Assembly (NCBI GenBank): GCA_964534625.1
Contig: CAZHRF010000021.1
Span: forward strand, 1 to 47,074
Origin: an uncultured archaeon
GTDB lineage: Archaea > Asgardarchaeota > Heimdallarchaeia > Heimdallarchaeales > Heimdallarchaeaceae
Direction: 5' to 3'
DNA length: 47,074 bases
Shown: in pieces, positions 20,021-29,114 of the stretch
How positions within the stretch are numbered: the first letter of the stretch is position 1
How the letters are laid out: every line of letters begins with the position of its first letter
Notes under the pieces: model-generated
Told to the model about the DNA's origin: nothing
Databases searched by the model: none
Seen by the model: only the letters and a program-made list of their open reading frames with translations
Position numbers and translations under genes: made by a program

Positions 20021-21108
20021 GTTACTTAGCTCTGGAAGAATATCTATTTGTGTATTTCTTATATTCCTTGATATAGAGTTTATTTTTTTCTTCTTTAAAG
20101 TTGATAGTATTTCTTTTTAAAAACCATGATTGAGATTTAAGCCCATAAATTATCCTATCTACAATAATAGAAAGTCAGGGACAGTTAGAAAGAATAGAAG
20201 AAGAATCAAAGAACAGATTGGGAGTGTGGAAAGGAAATCGAGGGATGCAGTTTTTTCACTTCTATTCACACTAATCCAATCGTAGCTATCAACGATAAAT
20301 CTTTTTCCTTACTTCTAGACTTACAACTACTTCCTAAAGAGATGAAATAATTACAGTCTATCTCTTGTTTTATCTCCTCAGTTTCTGCTTAGGAAGGTAG
20401 TATATTATTCATTGAAAGCTATTAAGTTTTAAAATATTTGTTAAAAAGAGGTTCTTGCAAGGTGAGTGCATTTAGATGATGTGCAAAAAAATAAAGATAT
20501 AACATAAACGGCAATAATATACCTTCTAATAACAAAGGTTTTAGATTATTTTTTTAAACTTCAAATATCTATTTAACTAAATAGATATATTATAATTGGA
20601 ATTAATCTCCAAAATGGGATAATTATTGATTTACCACCCCTATAATATACTATGATATCTTATTATAATGTGCCCCATATAAGAAGGTATGGAAAACGGG
20701 TGCAAAACAAAGAGAAAAAACAAAATGCGCTCAAATTATCTTTAAATATAATTCGGGGGATTCAATGCAAATTTTTAAAGATTTTTTTGGATCAGATAGT
20801 AATGTACTTCTAGATTAAAGATTAAGGATTAAGGAGTAAGCAATCAATATCCTCTTCAAATTGTTTAAGGCCAAAATTAAACCTTTTTGTTTCTTGATTT
20901 TGCTGTGTCCTCACACCTCACATTTTGGGAGTATTACTACACCAAGACTTTTTGATTTTGTCAAGAGCCCATTGATCAACTCTTCGATAGATTCAATTAA
21001 AGAATCTAAATCTAGCTGTGTTAGTTCACGAACATTCGTTTTTACTTTATTTTATTACTCTGTATTTTTCCGCCGAAAGATTGTTAAACAGCGTAATAAT
21101 ATTCCAAT

Positions 21109-21378
21109 ATGGCTTGTAAAATCATTCTAAAAGTTATTAAACAAGAAGGAACATGTGTTGCCAAACATAGCATTGGTGACGAAATTACAATAGATTTTGA
21201 CAAAAATGAGATCCAAGGAAAAATATGTCTTCATTCGCTTTATTCTATTCTACCAAAAGTTTTTGCTATGGCCTATGGTGCAAAGTTTCCGTGGTTAAAA
21301 GAGGAAAATATATCCACCCATCCTTGCCCTGATGTTGAGAACCCAGTAGTATACGAAGTTAGAAGAATCAAAGAATAG
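21109..21378 (+). CDS. TIGR04076-family small Cys protein
   Basis: GTC..H..GD, ICLHSL..ILP, CPD..NPVVYE motifs. Confidence 0.8.
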   Translation: MACKIILKVIKQEGTCVAKHSIGDEITIDFDKNEIQGKICLHSLYSILPKVFAMAYGAKFPWLKEENISTHPCPDVENPVVYEVRRIKE

Positions 21379-21533
21379 AAATAACACAATCTTGATTTAA
21401 TTCTTGATTTCGCCACTTAATTTCCAGTTTCATTTTTTCACTTTTATTCTACTCTCTTTGTTAATTTATATAGCATGATTAACTATTTAGTTATAGCCAT
21501 AAACTTCTAAGACAATTGAAAGAAAAAAGATAA

Positions 21534-21599
21534 AACAGTGAGATCTTACTGTTACTGTTCCTTATTAAATAAGGACCAGTAACCTTCCTTATTAAATAC
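21534..21599. promoter_or_regulatory. Overlapping near-perfect palindromes plus a direct repeat upstream of a longin-like gene
   Basis: aacagtgagatcttactgtt (21534-21553); gttactgttccttatt-a-aataaggaccagtaac (21551-21583, one mismatch); ttccttattaaata occurs twice. Confidence 0.45.
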
Positions 21600-21661
21600 A
21601 AGAATGTACTATTCTTAGATAGAAAAATGGCAGAAAATCGACAAAAAAAACGGTGATAATA

Positions 21662-22150
21662 ATGTCTAAATTAATTTCAATCAATAAAAGATTAAATCTA
21701 AATGACTTTTATATTTGTTTATTCAAAATGGGAAATCTAGGACCAACTCCCGTTTTTACAGATATTGATATTGATAGTCTCAATTCTGAGAATATGTTAA
21801 CAAAGATGGCCGTATATTATACAACTGCGCTAGGGCAAGGAGATTGTTGGCATCTCGGTCTTTATGGTCCCCTCCCCGTTCCGTCTAACCAAGATTTATT
21901 ATCCTTAAATTATGCATTTTTAATAGCTGATCCTTCTAATACTGACCTCAGAAATAATGGTAAGAGCTATTGCATCATAAGCATTATTTTTCCTCGGAAA
22001 ATAGAACTCTTGTGCAATAATCGCTTTATTATTGAAGCTCTTATCAAGGAGAAAATTGAAGGATTTACCAGTTTAATCGAGATAGATGAAGAAGTTTTAA
22101 GAGAAATTAAATGTGAATTGTTTTCTACCTTTAATGGTTTCAACCTTTAA
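21662..22150 (+). CDS. Stand-alone Asgard-type longin/uDENN-like domain protein
   Basis: ICLFKMGNLGP, GLYGPLPVP, YAFLIADP..DLR..YCIISIIF; visibly homologous to the N-terminal domain of 34972..35742. Confidence 0.55.
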   Translation: MSKLISINKRLNLNDFYICLFKMGNLGPTPVFTDIDIDSLNSENMLTKMAVYYTTALGQGDCWHLGLYGPLPVPSNQDLLSLNYAFLIADPSNTDLRNNGKSYCIISIIFPRKIELLCNNRFIIEALIKEKIEGFTSLIEIDEEVLREIKCELFSTFNGFNL

Positions 22151-22322
22151 TATTTTTATCTGATTTCCTCATTTCTGCTAATTTATGGCGAGTTGTTAAT
22201 TTTAATATTGATATTGTTTGGTTGGGGTTTAATAGGGTATCTTGAGTTCAGCTAAAACCTTTTTATCATAAAAAGATCAATATTTTTATTGTTTAAAAAA
22301 AGAAATATTCTCCCTCATAGTC

Positions 22323-22727
22323 TTATATCTTGTTTAGTTTGATATTCATAGGTATTTCAGCTTTCGAATAAAGAACTCCAACTGGACATTGTTGCATTGT
22401 TCTATCTAAAGCTTTTTGCAGTTTATCTTCTTTTTCAGGAGATTTTACTCTCACTTCTGCTTGTACAGATGTTATAGTTGGATCATCCGGTCCTTTATCT
22501 GCTTCTAAGATTACTTCTATTTTCTCTATATCTAAGTGCATCTTTTTACAGAAAAGTCTGAAAATAGTGGCGACACAACCTGAAAGCCCCATAACAGCTA
22601 GCTCTAAAGCTGTTGCTCCTTGATCATCTCCATCCTTGGCTTCAGGCAAATCAATGACAATTGAATGTTTTCTTCCATTGTCAACGACAGATTGCATGTT
22701 CTTAACCCATGTACATGTGGATTTCAT
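22323..22727 (-). CDS. OsmC-family protein
   Basis: IDLP...GDD.GATALEL..GLSGC and QCPV two-Cys motif. Confidence 0.88.
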   Translation of the reverse strand: MKSTCTWVKNMQSVVDNGRKHSIVIDLPEAKDGDDQGATALELAVMGLSGCVATIFRLFCKKMHLDIEKIEVILEADKGPDDPTITSVQAEVRVKSPEKEDKLQKALDRTMQQCPVGVLYSKAEIPMNIKLNKI

Positions 22728-23016
22728 AGTGTTTCAGTTTTTATCTAGTATTTAAAAAAGTTAACCTTGTGTATGTGTTTGCACATACCACATATTGTAA
22801 TTGCCTATTTATTATATTGCCTTTAATCAATAAATAGTTATAACCCATTATAAATTCGGAATACCGTAATTAAAATTACATTATTGCCTTACTAAAAAGA
22901 ATATTATAAAACTTCGCTGGTGACGCGGTCACCTATCCCAGAGTTGGCTTTTTTGATCACATGAAAATAAAAAAGTTATAAAACATAAAAAAGAAGATAG
23001 AAAATGGAATAATTAT

Positions 23017-23418
23017 TTACATTAGTTCTAGTTTAATCTCTTGGGGGATGTGTTTGAATATTTTACTAACTGGACACATTTCTTCGGTTTTTTCTAAGCA
23101 TTGTTCAAGTTTCTCTTTTGGGTCTGCAGATTTGACTTTCACAATACCTTTGAATCTCTCTATTTCAAGTCCCGTTGGATTTTCTGCTTCCATTTCAACA
23201 ATCAAGTCTTCAATAGTTAAACGCATTTTATTAGCTACTAATATATAAATAGTAGAAATACATCCTGCTAGGGACATAAAAGCAACTTCTAAGGCGGTAG
23301 CCGCCATATCGTCTCCGTCTTTGTCTTCTGGCAGGTCAACAATTATCGAATGTTTTCTACCATTATCTATTATGCTTTGATATTTAGAATTTTTAATCCA
23401 TTTTGAGGTTGTTTTCAT
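23017..23418 (-). CDS. OsmC-family protein (tandem paralog)
   Basis: VDLPEDKDGDDMAATALE..LAGC and MCPV; start set at MKTTSKW by alignment with the neighbouring paralog. Confidence 0.88.
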   Translation of the reverse strand: MKTTSKWIKNSKYQSIIDNGRKHSIIVDLPEDKDGDDMAATALEVAFMSLAGCISTIYILVANKMRLTIEDLIVEMEAENPTGLEIERFKGIVKVKSADPKEKLEQCLEKTEEMCPVSKIFKHIPQEIKLELM

Positions 23419-23521
23419 AGATTTCACCAAAGAAAAGTTAGAAACTGAATTTATTAACTCATTCATTGGACAAAAATTCAATAAAATTATATACTTTTTT
23501 ATGTATATATGTTAATATATC

Positions 23522-25150
23522 ATGAATGAAATCGCCTATGAAAACTTAAGAAAGTTGACTCTTTGGTGTTTAAAAGAACCAGAGAAACTGAATAAGGGGT
23601 TAATAGAGGAACTAAAAAAAATGGTATCCTCTTGGAATTATAGAAAGTTAATGGAAAGCAAAAAAAAATTTACTGTGGCTCCAAGTACCTTGAAGGAGAA
23701 AGATTTACACGAACTGAAAGAAATAGTGGGGAGTGAGAATGTTTCAATTTCTAATGAAGACAGAATTTTTTACTCGCATGGAGGGGCAGCTGAGGATATA
23801 GTTAGGATGCGATTGGGCCTATTCTCTAAACTTGCTGAAGCTGTTGTTTTCCCTAAAAATGAAACGGAGATTTTTTGTCTTTACAGTTTTTGTGAGAATA
23901 AAAAATTAAGTTTAATCCCTGTGGGAGGTAGAACAAGTGTAACTCGAGCTCTCCATTTTGAGAAAACGGGTATAGCTGTTGTCTTAACTAAACATTTCAA
24001 TAATGTTCTCTCTTTGGAAGAAGAAAACATGACGATAACTGTTCAGTCGGGTATTAAAGGACCTGAGTTGGAATCTTATTTGAATAAAAAGGGATTTACC
24101 CTTCACCATTTTCCTCAATCGTTTGCAGAATCTACTGTTGGGGGGTGGATAGCTTCAAGAAGTGCAGGACAAAATTCCACCTTATTTGGCAAAATAGAAG
24201 ACATGGTAATGGCTTTGAAAGTAATAACACCAACTGGATCTATTACTTCTCCTAAATCTCCTGCTTATGCCACGGGTCCATTTTATTTCCCCTATTTTAT
24301 TGGCTCAGAAGGAACATTGGGCATAATAACCGAAGCAACTTTACGTATTCATCCCTATAAACCAAACAACAGGAAATTCAGTGCATATATGTTTCCGTCT
24401 TTTGAAAAGGGAGTAGAAGCTCTAAAAAAAATCGGACAAAGTATGTTTTTACCTGCAGTAGCTCGTTTATCTGATGGATTAGAAACTCAGTCTTATTTAT
24501 TACTTGATAGAGAAGGTAAAATGTCTCTAAAAGATAAAATAATTGAATTTTTCTTAAAATTGTTAAAACTTCATCCAAAAAAAAGATGCGTTATGCTGCT
24601 TGTATTTGAAGGAGATAGAAAATACATTAAAAAAGGATTAAAAAATGCTAGAAAACAAGCAAAACAGAATAAAGGGTTATACATTGGAGAAAAGTATGGT
24701 TATAAATGGTTCAAAGATAGATTCGAGCATCCCCACCTTAGAGATATATTTATTGATCATAGCTTAATTACAGATACTTTAGAAACAGCCACAACATGGG
24801 ATAATATTCTTAGATTACATAAAGAAACTAGAAAAGCCTTAGACCCACATAGTCAGCTTGTCTTTGCGCATCTGTCACACATATATCGGGAAGGCTCTGC
24901 AATATATTTTACATACTTCTCACCTTTAGATAAAGAAAAGCCTATAGAACAATTACGTTCAATGCAAACAGTCGCTTTAGAGCAGTTTAAAAAAAACAGT
25001 GGTGTTACAAGTCATCATCATGGCGTAGGTAAAGCCTTTAGAAAATGGGCTAAAGAAGAATGGGGAGAAAATAGCTTGAAAATGGCACAAGGAATAAAAG
25101 ACAAATTGGATCCAAAACACATATTGAACCCAGGAAACTTTCCCGATTAA
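23522..25150 (+). CDS. FAD-binding oxidoreductase, alkyl-DHAP synthase-like (VAO/PCMH family)
   Basis: PVGGRTSV, HFPQSF..STVGGWIASRSAG, GSEGTLGIITE, HLSH.Y, SHHHGVG, LDPKHILNPG. Confidence 0.85.
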   Translation: MNEIAYENLRKLTLWCLKEPEKLNKGLIEELKKMVSSWNYRKLMESKKKFTVAPSTLKEKDLHELKEIVGSENVSISNEDRIFYSHGGAAEDIVRMRLGLFSKLAEAVVFPKNETEIFCLYSFCENKKLSLIPVGGRTSVTRALHFEKTGIAVVLTKHFNNVLSLEEENMTITVQSGIKGPELESYLNKKGFTLHHFPQSFAESTVGGWIASRSAGQNSTLFGKIEDMVMALKVITPTGSITSPKSPAYATGPFYFPYFIGSEGTLGIITEATLRIHPYKPNNRKFSAYMFPSFEKGVEALKKIGQSMFLPAVARLSDGLETQSYLLLDREGKMSLKDKIIEFFLKLLKLHPKKRCVMLLVFEGDRKYIKKGLKNARKQAKQNKGLYIGEKYGYKWFKDRFEHPHLRDIFIDHSLITDTLETATTWDNILRLHKETRKALDPHSQLVFAHLSHIYREGSAIYFTYFSPLDKEKPIEQLRSMQTVALEQFKKNSGVTSHHHGVGKAFRKWAKEEWGENSLKMAQGIKDKLDPKHILNPGNFPD

Positions 25151-25305
25151 TTTTTTTTAATAGTTTTAGTTCATTGAATAGATGCGAAAGGGCTGCTCCA
25201 CAATTGGGACGTTTTCTTTTTCTTTATAGCCATTTTAAAATGTGTTCGTAGTGGGAGTAGGTATGGCAATAAGGTGTTTCTATGACATTGTCTTTTTCAA
25301 GTGCT

Positions 25306-26661
25306 TTATTGAAATGGCCATTTTTCCAGTAATCTTAAATTTTTTTCTAGATTTGCATCCTGTAAAATACTTTTAATTTTATTTTTCTTTACTCTTACTG
25401 GTAACTTTGGACTGTCTGCGATAACTTTTAATAGACTCATAACAAAAATTGTTGATATTTTTGCATCTAGTTTAGAAATCTTATCGAAAGTGTCAGCTGA
25501 TGTGTGTCCATATCCTCTACCCATTGAAGGAATAGGATTTTGACTATATATGGCTATACAAGGAATGCCTTTAGTAAAAAATGGATAGTTATCGCTTGCT
25601 ACAACAATATTATTTGTAATTGATATTTCGAAGGGAAATTGTTCTTCTATTTGATGAAGAAATGTAAGCACTTCAACTAAACCATTACAAGCTACACATT
25701 TTGGGATATGCCCCACTATTCCATCTACATTAATCATAAATTTGACACCTGACAAATCCGCAGTATCTGCATATATTGTGCTTCCCACAACACCAAATTC
25801 TTCAACTCCAAACGCCACAAACCTTATACTGCGTTTTGGATTGATGTTTTTTTCTTTCATTAATTTAGTTATTTCTAATAGTATTGCAATGCTTCCTGCA
25901 TTATCAGTTGCTCCTTGAGCTAAATCATGCCCGTCATAATGCCCACCTATGAGTATATACTCGTCTTTGATTTCACCTTCTATTTCCCAAATAAGATGTC
26001 TAGATTTTTTAGTTGAGTACTGGTTTTTTATGGTAATAAAACCCTTTACTTGATTTTTTTTACTTAATTCTTTGATATATTCGTAATTCTCTTTTGAGAT
26101 ACCTATAGCTGGTATCTCGCCTATTCTATTAGGCCTGACTGATCCAGTGGGAAATAACTGACCTGGATTGTGATTAGCAAAAATGAATGCTTGCGCACCC
26201 ATTTCATATGCATTACCGTATTTTATTCTTCTGTGAAGCCACCCCTCCAATGTCTCACCTGAATGCACCATAAGTGCTTTCCCTTCAATTTTATTATCCA
26301 ATTGAGAAAGCTCTGTATTTGAACCACCCTCACCATCAATTATTTCTAATTGTAATCCCTCTTTAGGGGTAGATGGACCTAAAACAAGTGAAATAGCTGG
26401 GATAACCTTTTTAATTGGTTCGGTTAGTGAAAACGCACATCTCCCTCTCTTCCATCCTTGGTACTCAAAATCAAACTCCTTTATTGAAATATTGATACTT
26501 CTGAGATATTGTTTGATATACTCTTGAGCCATTCTTTCACTATCAGTACCTGCAAATCTACTACCCAATAAACAGATCTCTTTGGTAGTTTCCATAATTC
26601 TGTTTGTCAAAACAATTTCACCAAATGTTTTTTCCAATTTTTCACTCAAATCCATATTCAT
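25306..26661 (-). CDS. M28-family metallopeptidase with PA domain
   Basis: SRFAGT, GGHYD, GATDNAGS, EEFGVVGS, INVD, SDNYPF, HTSADT. Confidence 0.88.
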   Translation of the reverse strand: MNMDLSEKLEKTFGEIVLTNRIMETTKEICLLGSRFAGTDSERMAQEYIKQYLRSINISIKEFDFEYQGWKRGRCAFSLTEPIKKVIPAISLVLGPSTPKEGLQLEIIDGEGGSNTELSQLDNKIEGKALMVHSGETLEGWLHRRIKYGNAYEMGAQAFIFANHNPGQLFPTGSVRPNRIGEIPAIGISKENYEYIKELSKKNQVKGFITIKNQYSTKKSRHLIWEIEGEIKDEYILIGGHYDGHDLAQGATDNAGSIAILLEITKLMKEKNINPKRSIRFVAFGVEEFGVVGSTIYADTADLSGVKFMINVDGIVGHIPKCVACNGLVEVLTFLHQIEEQFPFEISITNNIVVASDNYPFFTKGIPCIAIYSQNPIPSMGRGYGHTSADTFDKISKLDAKISTIFVMSLLKVIADSPKLPVRVKKNKIKSILQDANLEKNLRLLEKWPFQ

Positions 26662-26664
26662 TTT

Positions 26665-26940
26665 CTACTCCATAAACTTGCTATAATACATGCTTAACCT
26701 ATCCTCGAAAATGTTTCTGTCTGCTGACCCAACAATTCTTTCATTACCCGGCAATATAACCGTTGGAAGCGCAATAATACTATACTCTTCCGCTTTATTT
26801 ATGTTCTCTGTTATATCATAGATTATTAGTTCAAGTTGGTCACAGTTTGTTAAGATTTCTTCTAATATTTTTTTAATCAAAGGACACCAATGACATGTTG
26901 GGCTTGTAAACAAAATTACCTCAAGGGCCATATTGATCAC
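26665..26940 (-). CDS. Thioredoxin-fold protein (CHWC), KaiB-like in its C-terminal half
   Basis: FTSPTCHWCP; DITENINKAEEYSIIALPT..RIVG; GTG 26940 overlaps the kaiC-like stop (alternative ATG at 26931). Confidence 0.8.
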   Translation of the reverse strand: MINMALEVILFTSPTCHWCPLIKKILEEILTNCDQLELIIYDITENINKAEEYSIIALPTVILPGNERIVGSADRNIFEDRLSMYYSKFME

Positions 26941-28349
26941 TCTATTATTTCTATCAAAGGTAGTTTATCGTTGAATTTAACCAGCTTGGGTAAAAACGTT
27001 GCTCCTGATGAACTTTTCAACCCTTCAAGGTAATTGTTATAGTTGACTTTTGTTAATCGCAAAATAATATCTGCATTTGTTCTCAGTCTTGATAAAACTT
27101 CTTTCTTAACAGCTTTATAGTTAATGAAAGAATAAGATAAGGCATTCTCGTTTTTAATGTTATAGGACTGGAGAGAGAAAAATCTCAAAAACTCCTTTTC
27201 TTCAAGAATGTTCATATCATCAGTCAAATCATTAAAAATTACAGAGATCTTATCTTGATCTTGATCAAATGCATGCATCATTTCCATGGTAATGGATAAC
27301 ATGTCTTCAATTGTGAATGTTTTGTAAATCTCTTGTGCTTCAACTGTTGTGACAGAACGATTATATTTATCAATAAAAATTACATCTCCTTCATTAATTT
27401 GTTCAGAAATGTCGATATTTCTTCTCTCAAATTCTTCTAGTACCCGCTCAGCACACATCTGCACATTAGAATGGATGATTATTCCTGCTTTCTCTCTCAA
27501 TTTCTTATAGAGTAAAGTCAAAAAAAGAGGATAATAATTGATTTCGTCATTTATCTCAATTAATATTACTGTTCCTTTTGGAAACCCTCCAATAAGTTCA
27601 TCTAGTTTTTTTAGACCTGTTTTTTGTCCTTCGATTTTTATTATTGGTTGTTGTTCAGAACGAAATATTTTTACTCCATTCTCGTCAATTATCAATCTAT
27701 TTTTGTATGTTGAGGGTTTTGAAGCCCTTAATTTTGGTACTGATATGTTTTTAACTATTTGATAATCTCTCATTTCAGTACTGATCTGTATAACTCCATC
27801 AACAAGAAAATCTTCTAAATCCGGTTTTATATCGTTTTGCTTACTCTCGACAGTAAGAATCAAAGCTGTATCCATTTCAGTAATCTCTTGAATAAATTCT
27901 ATGAATTTACTTCTGGCTATATCTCTATAGATAAATTCTGCGATGAAACTAGAAATTGAATCAAAAATCACGAGTTTGGCATCAATAGCTTCAACTCTTG
28001 CTTTTGTTCGTAGAATTATTCCTGACAAATCAAACTTGTCTGTCTGAATGGTGACTCCTCCTTTGACTTCCAGCTTCATTTTAACAATATCAAGTAATCC
28101 TTTTTCTTCGAATTGGTCTACATTAATATCGAAAGAGGAAAAATAGTCTTTGATTTTTTGAGTCTCAACTTCTGTGGTGATAAACACAACAGGTATATCC
28201 TGTTTTAATGCACCTAATGCAATATGCATAGACAAAACAGTTTTTCCAGCACCTGCCGTTCCTTTGATGGCATAACAATAGTTGGTTTTAATACCTGAAC
28301 CAATCATTCGATCTAGTTCTTCAATTCCAGTAGAGAAATACATATTCAT
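26937..28349 (-). CDS. Double-domain KaiC/RAD55-family ATPase with degenerate C-terminal domain
   Basis: N-domain STGIEELD, Walker A GTAGAGKT, Walker B VIFDS, DFLVDGVI, KLR; second repeat KTGLKKLDELIGGFPKG lacks the P-loop GKT. Confidence 0.88.
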   Translation of the reverse strand: MNMYFSTGIEELDRMIGSGIKTNYCYAIKGTAGAGKTVLSMHIALGALKQDIPVVFITTEVETQKIKDYFSSFDINVDQFEEKGLLDIVKMKLEVKGGVTIQTDKFDLSGIILRTKARVEAIDAKLVIFDSISSFIAEFIYRDIARSKFIEFIQEITEMDTALILTVESKQNDIKPDLEDFLVDGVIQISTEMRDYQIVKNISVPKLRASKPSTYKNRLIIDENGVKIFRSEQQPIIKIEGQKTGLKKLDELIGGFPKGTVILIEINDEINYYPLFLTLLYKKLREKAGIIIHSNVQMCAERVLEEFERRNIDISEQINEGDVIFIDKYNRSVTTVEAQEIYKTFTIEDMLSITMEMMHAFDQDQDKISVIFNDLTDDMNILEEKEFLRFFSLQSYNIKNENALSYSFINYKAVKKEVLSRLRTNADIILRLTKVNYNNYLEGLKSSSGATFLPKLVKFNDKLPLIEIIE

Positions 28350-28447
28350 TTAAAGATATTCTGTTTGTTTAATAAAAGTTTATCTAAACTGAGTTCTATT
28401 TCCAATATTGAATAACTGAAAACTTGATATAGCTCCTATAAAACGAT

Positions 28448-28999
28448 TTAAGGTTTGAATCTATTGAATACAAAGAAATGAAGCTCCCCTTTAATCTTTG
28501 ATGCTATAATATAATTCTTGCGTACTGTAGTTGCTAACCTTCCAGCACGTACAAGATCACTAGGATCAATTGTTCCCTCTCTATCAATTATCTGAATTAA
28601 ATATGGACTGTGTTCTAAACCTGGACCCTTTGTATACACCGCAAATTCAACGCCAAATTTCATTCCTGGTCTGACGACATAATTAAGATCCCTTAGGTGT
28701 GTATATACGTCCATTTTATCTTGAAAATCATGGTAATTATCTTTACAGTATTCGTTAAATTCTTCTAAATTAACACGTTCATCATTTTCATTAATTAAAA
28801 TAATTTTATTATTTTTTAAAAGATAAAGAGTTTCAAAAAGAGTCAATTCACAGGGATCTCTAAATTCATCATCAAGATCGGGTTTTCTAACACCTATAGG
28901 TTTACCAAAAAAATTAGATTTGTAAAGTTTTTCTCCCTGTTCAATATCCCAGATAATTACTTTTTTTCCAATAATTTGTGCGATGGGTAATTTAGACAT
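28448..28999 (-). CDS. endA: tRNA-intron lyase (splicing endonuclease)
   Basis: LTLFETLYL, VYTHLRDL.YVVRPGMKFG..F.VY..GPG..HS.YL, RAGRLATTVRK (Y/H/K catalytic triad). Confidence 0.93.
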   Translation of the reverse strand: MSKLPIAQIIGKKVIIWDIEQGEKLYKSNFFGKPIGVRKPDLDDEFRDPCELTLFETLYLLKNNKIILINENDERVNLEEFNEYCKDNYHDFQDKMDVYTHLRDLNYVVRPGMKFGVEFAVYTKGPGLEHSPYLIQIIDREGTIDPSDLVRAGRLATTVRKNYIIASKIKGELHFFVFNRFKP

Positions 29000-29114
29000 G
29001 ACAAAAAAACAATTCGCTCTCTCTTTATAACTCTATTTTTTTATGTTTCTTCTTTCTTATAGTAAAAAATAAGCAAAAGACATTAATATACTATTGAATA
29101 TCTAAATACGTTCA

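Noticed and set aside
20813-20840. attaaag-attaagg-attaagg-agtaag short tandem repeat as an att site or CRISPR remnant
   Set aside because: Too short, no spacers, and no convincing matching copy at the left island edge.
20861-21130. 89-aa + strand ORF and a start-less ~44-codon minus-strand frame
   Set aside because: TTG start with atypical composition; the minus frame has no start codon; no family recognised.
22905-22950. SECIS element or C/D-box sRNA
   Set aside because: Neighbouring OsmC genes have Cys and no in-frame UGA; no clear C/D boxes.
26937-28349. Bona fide circadian kaiC
   Set aside because: The C-terminal domain lacks Walker A and there is no kaiA, so no gene symbol was assigned.
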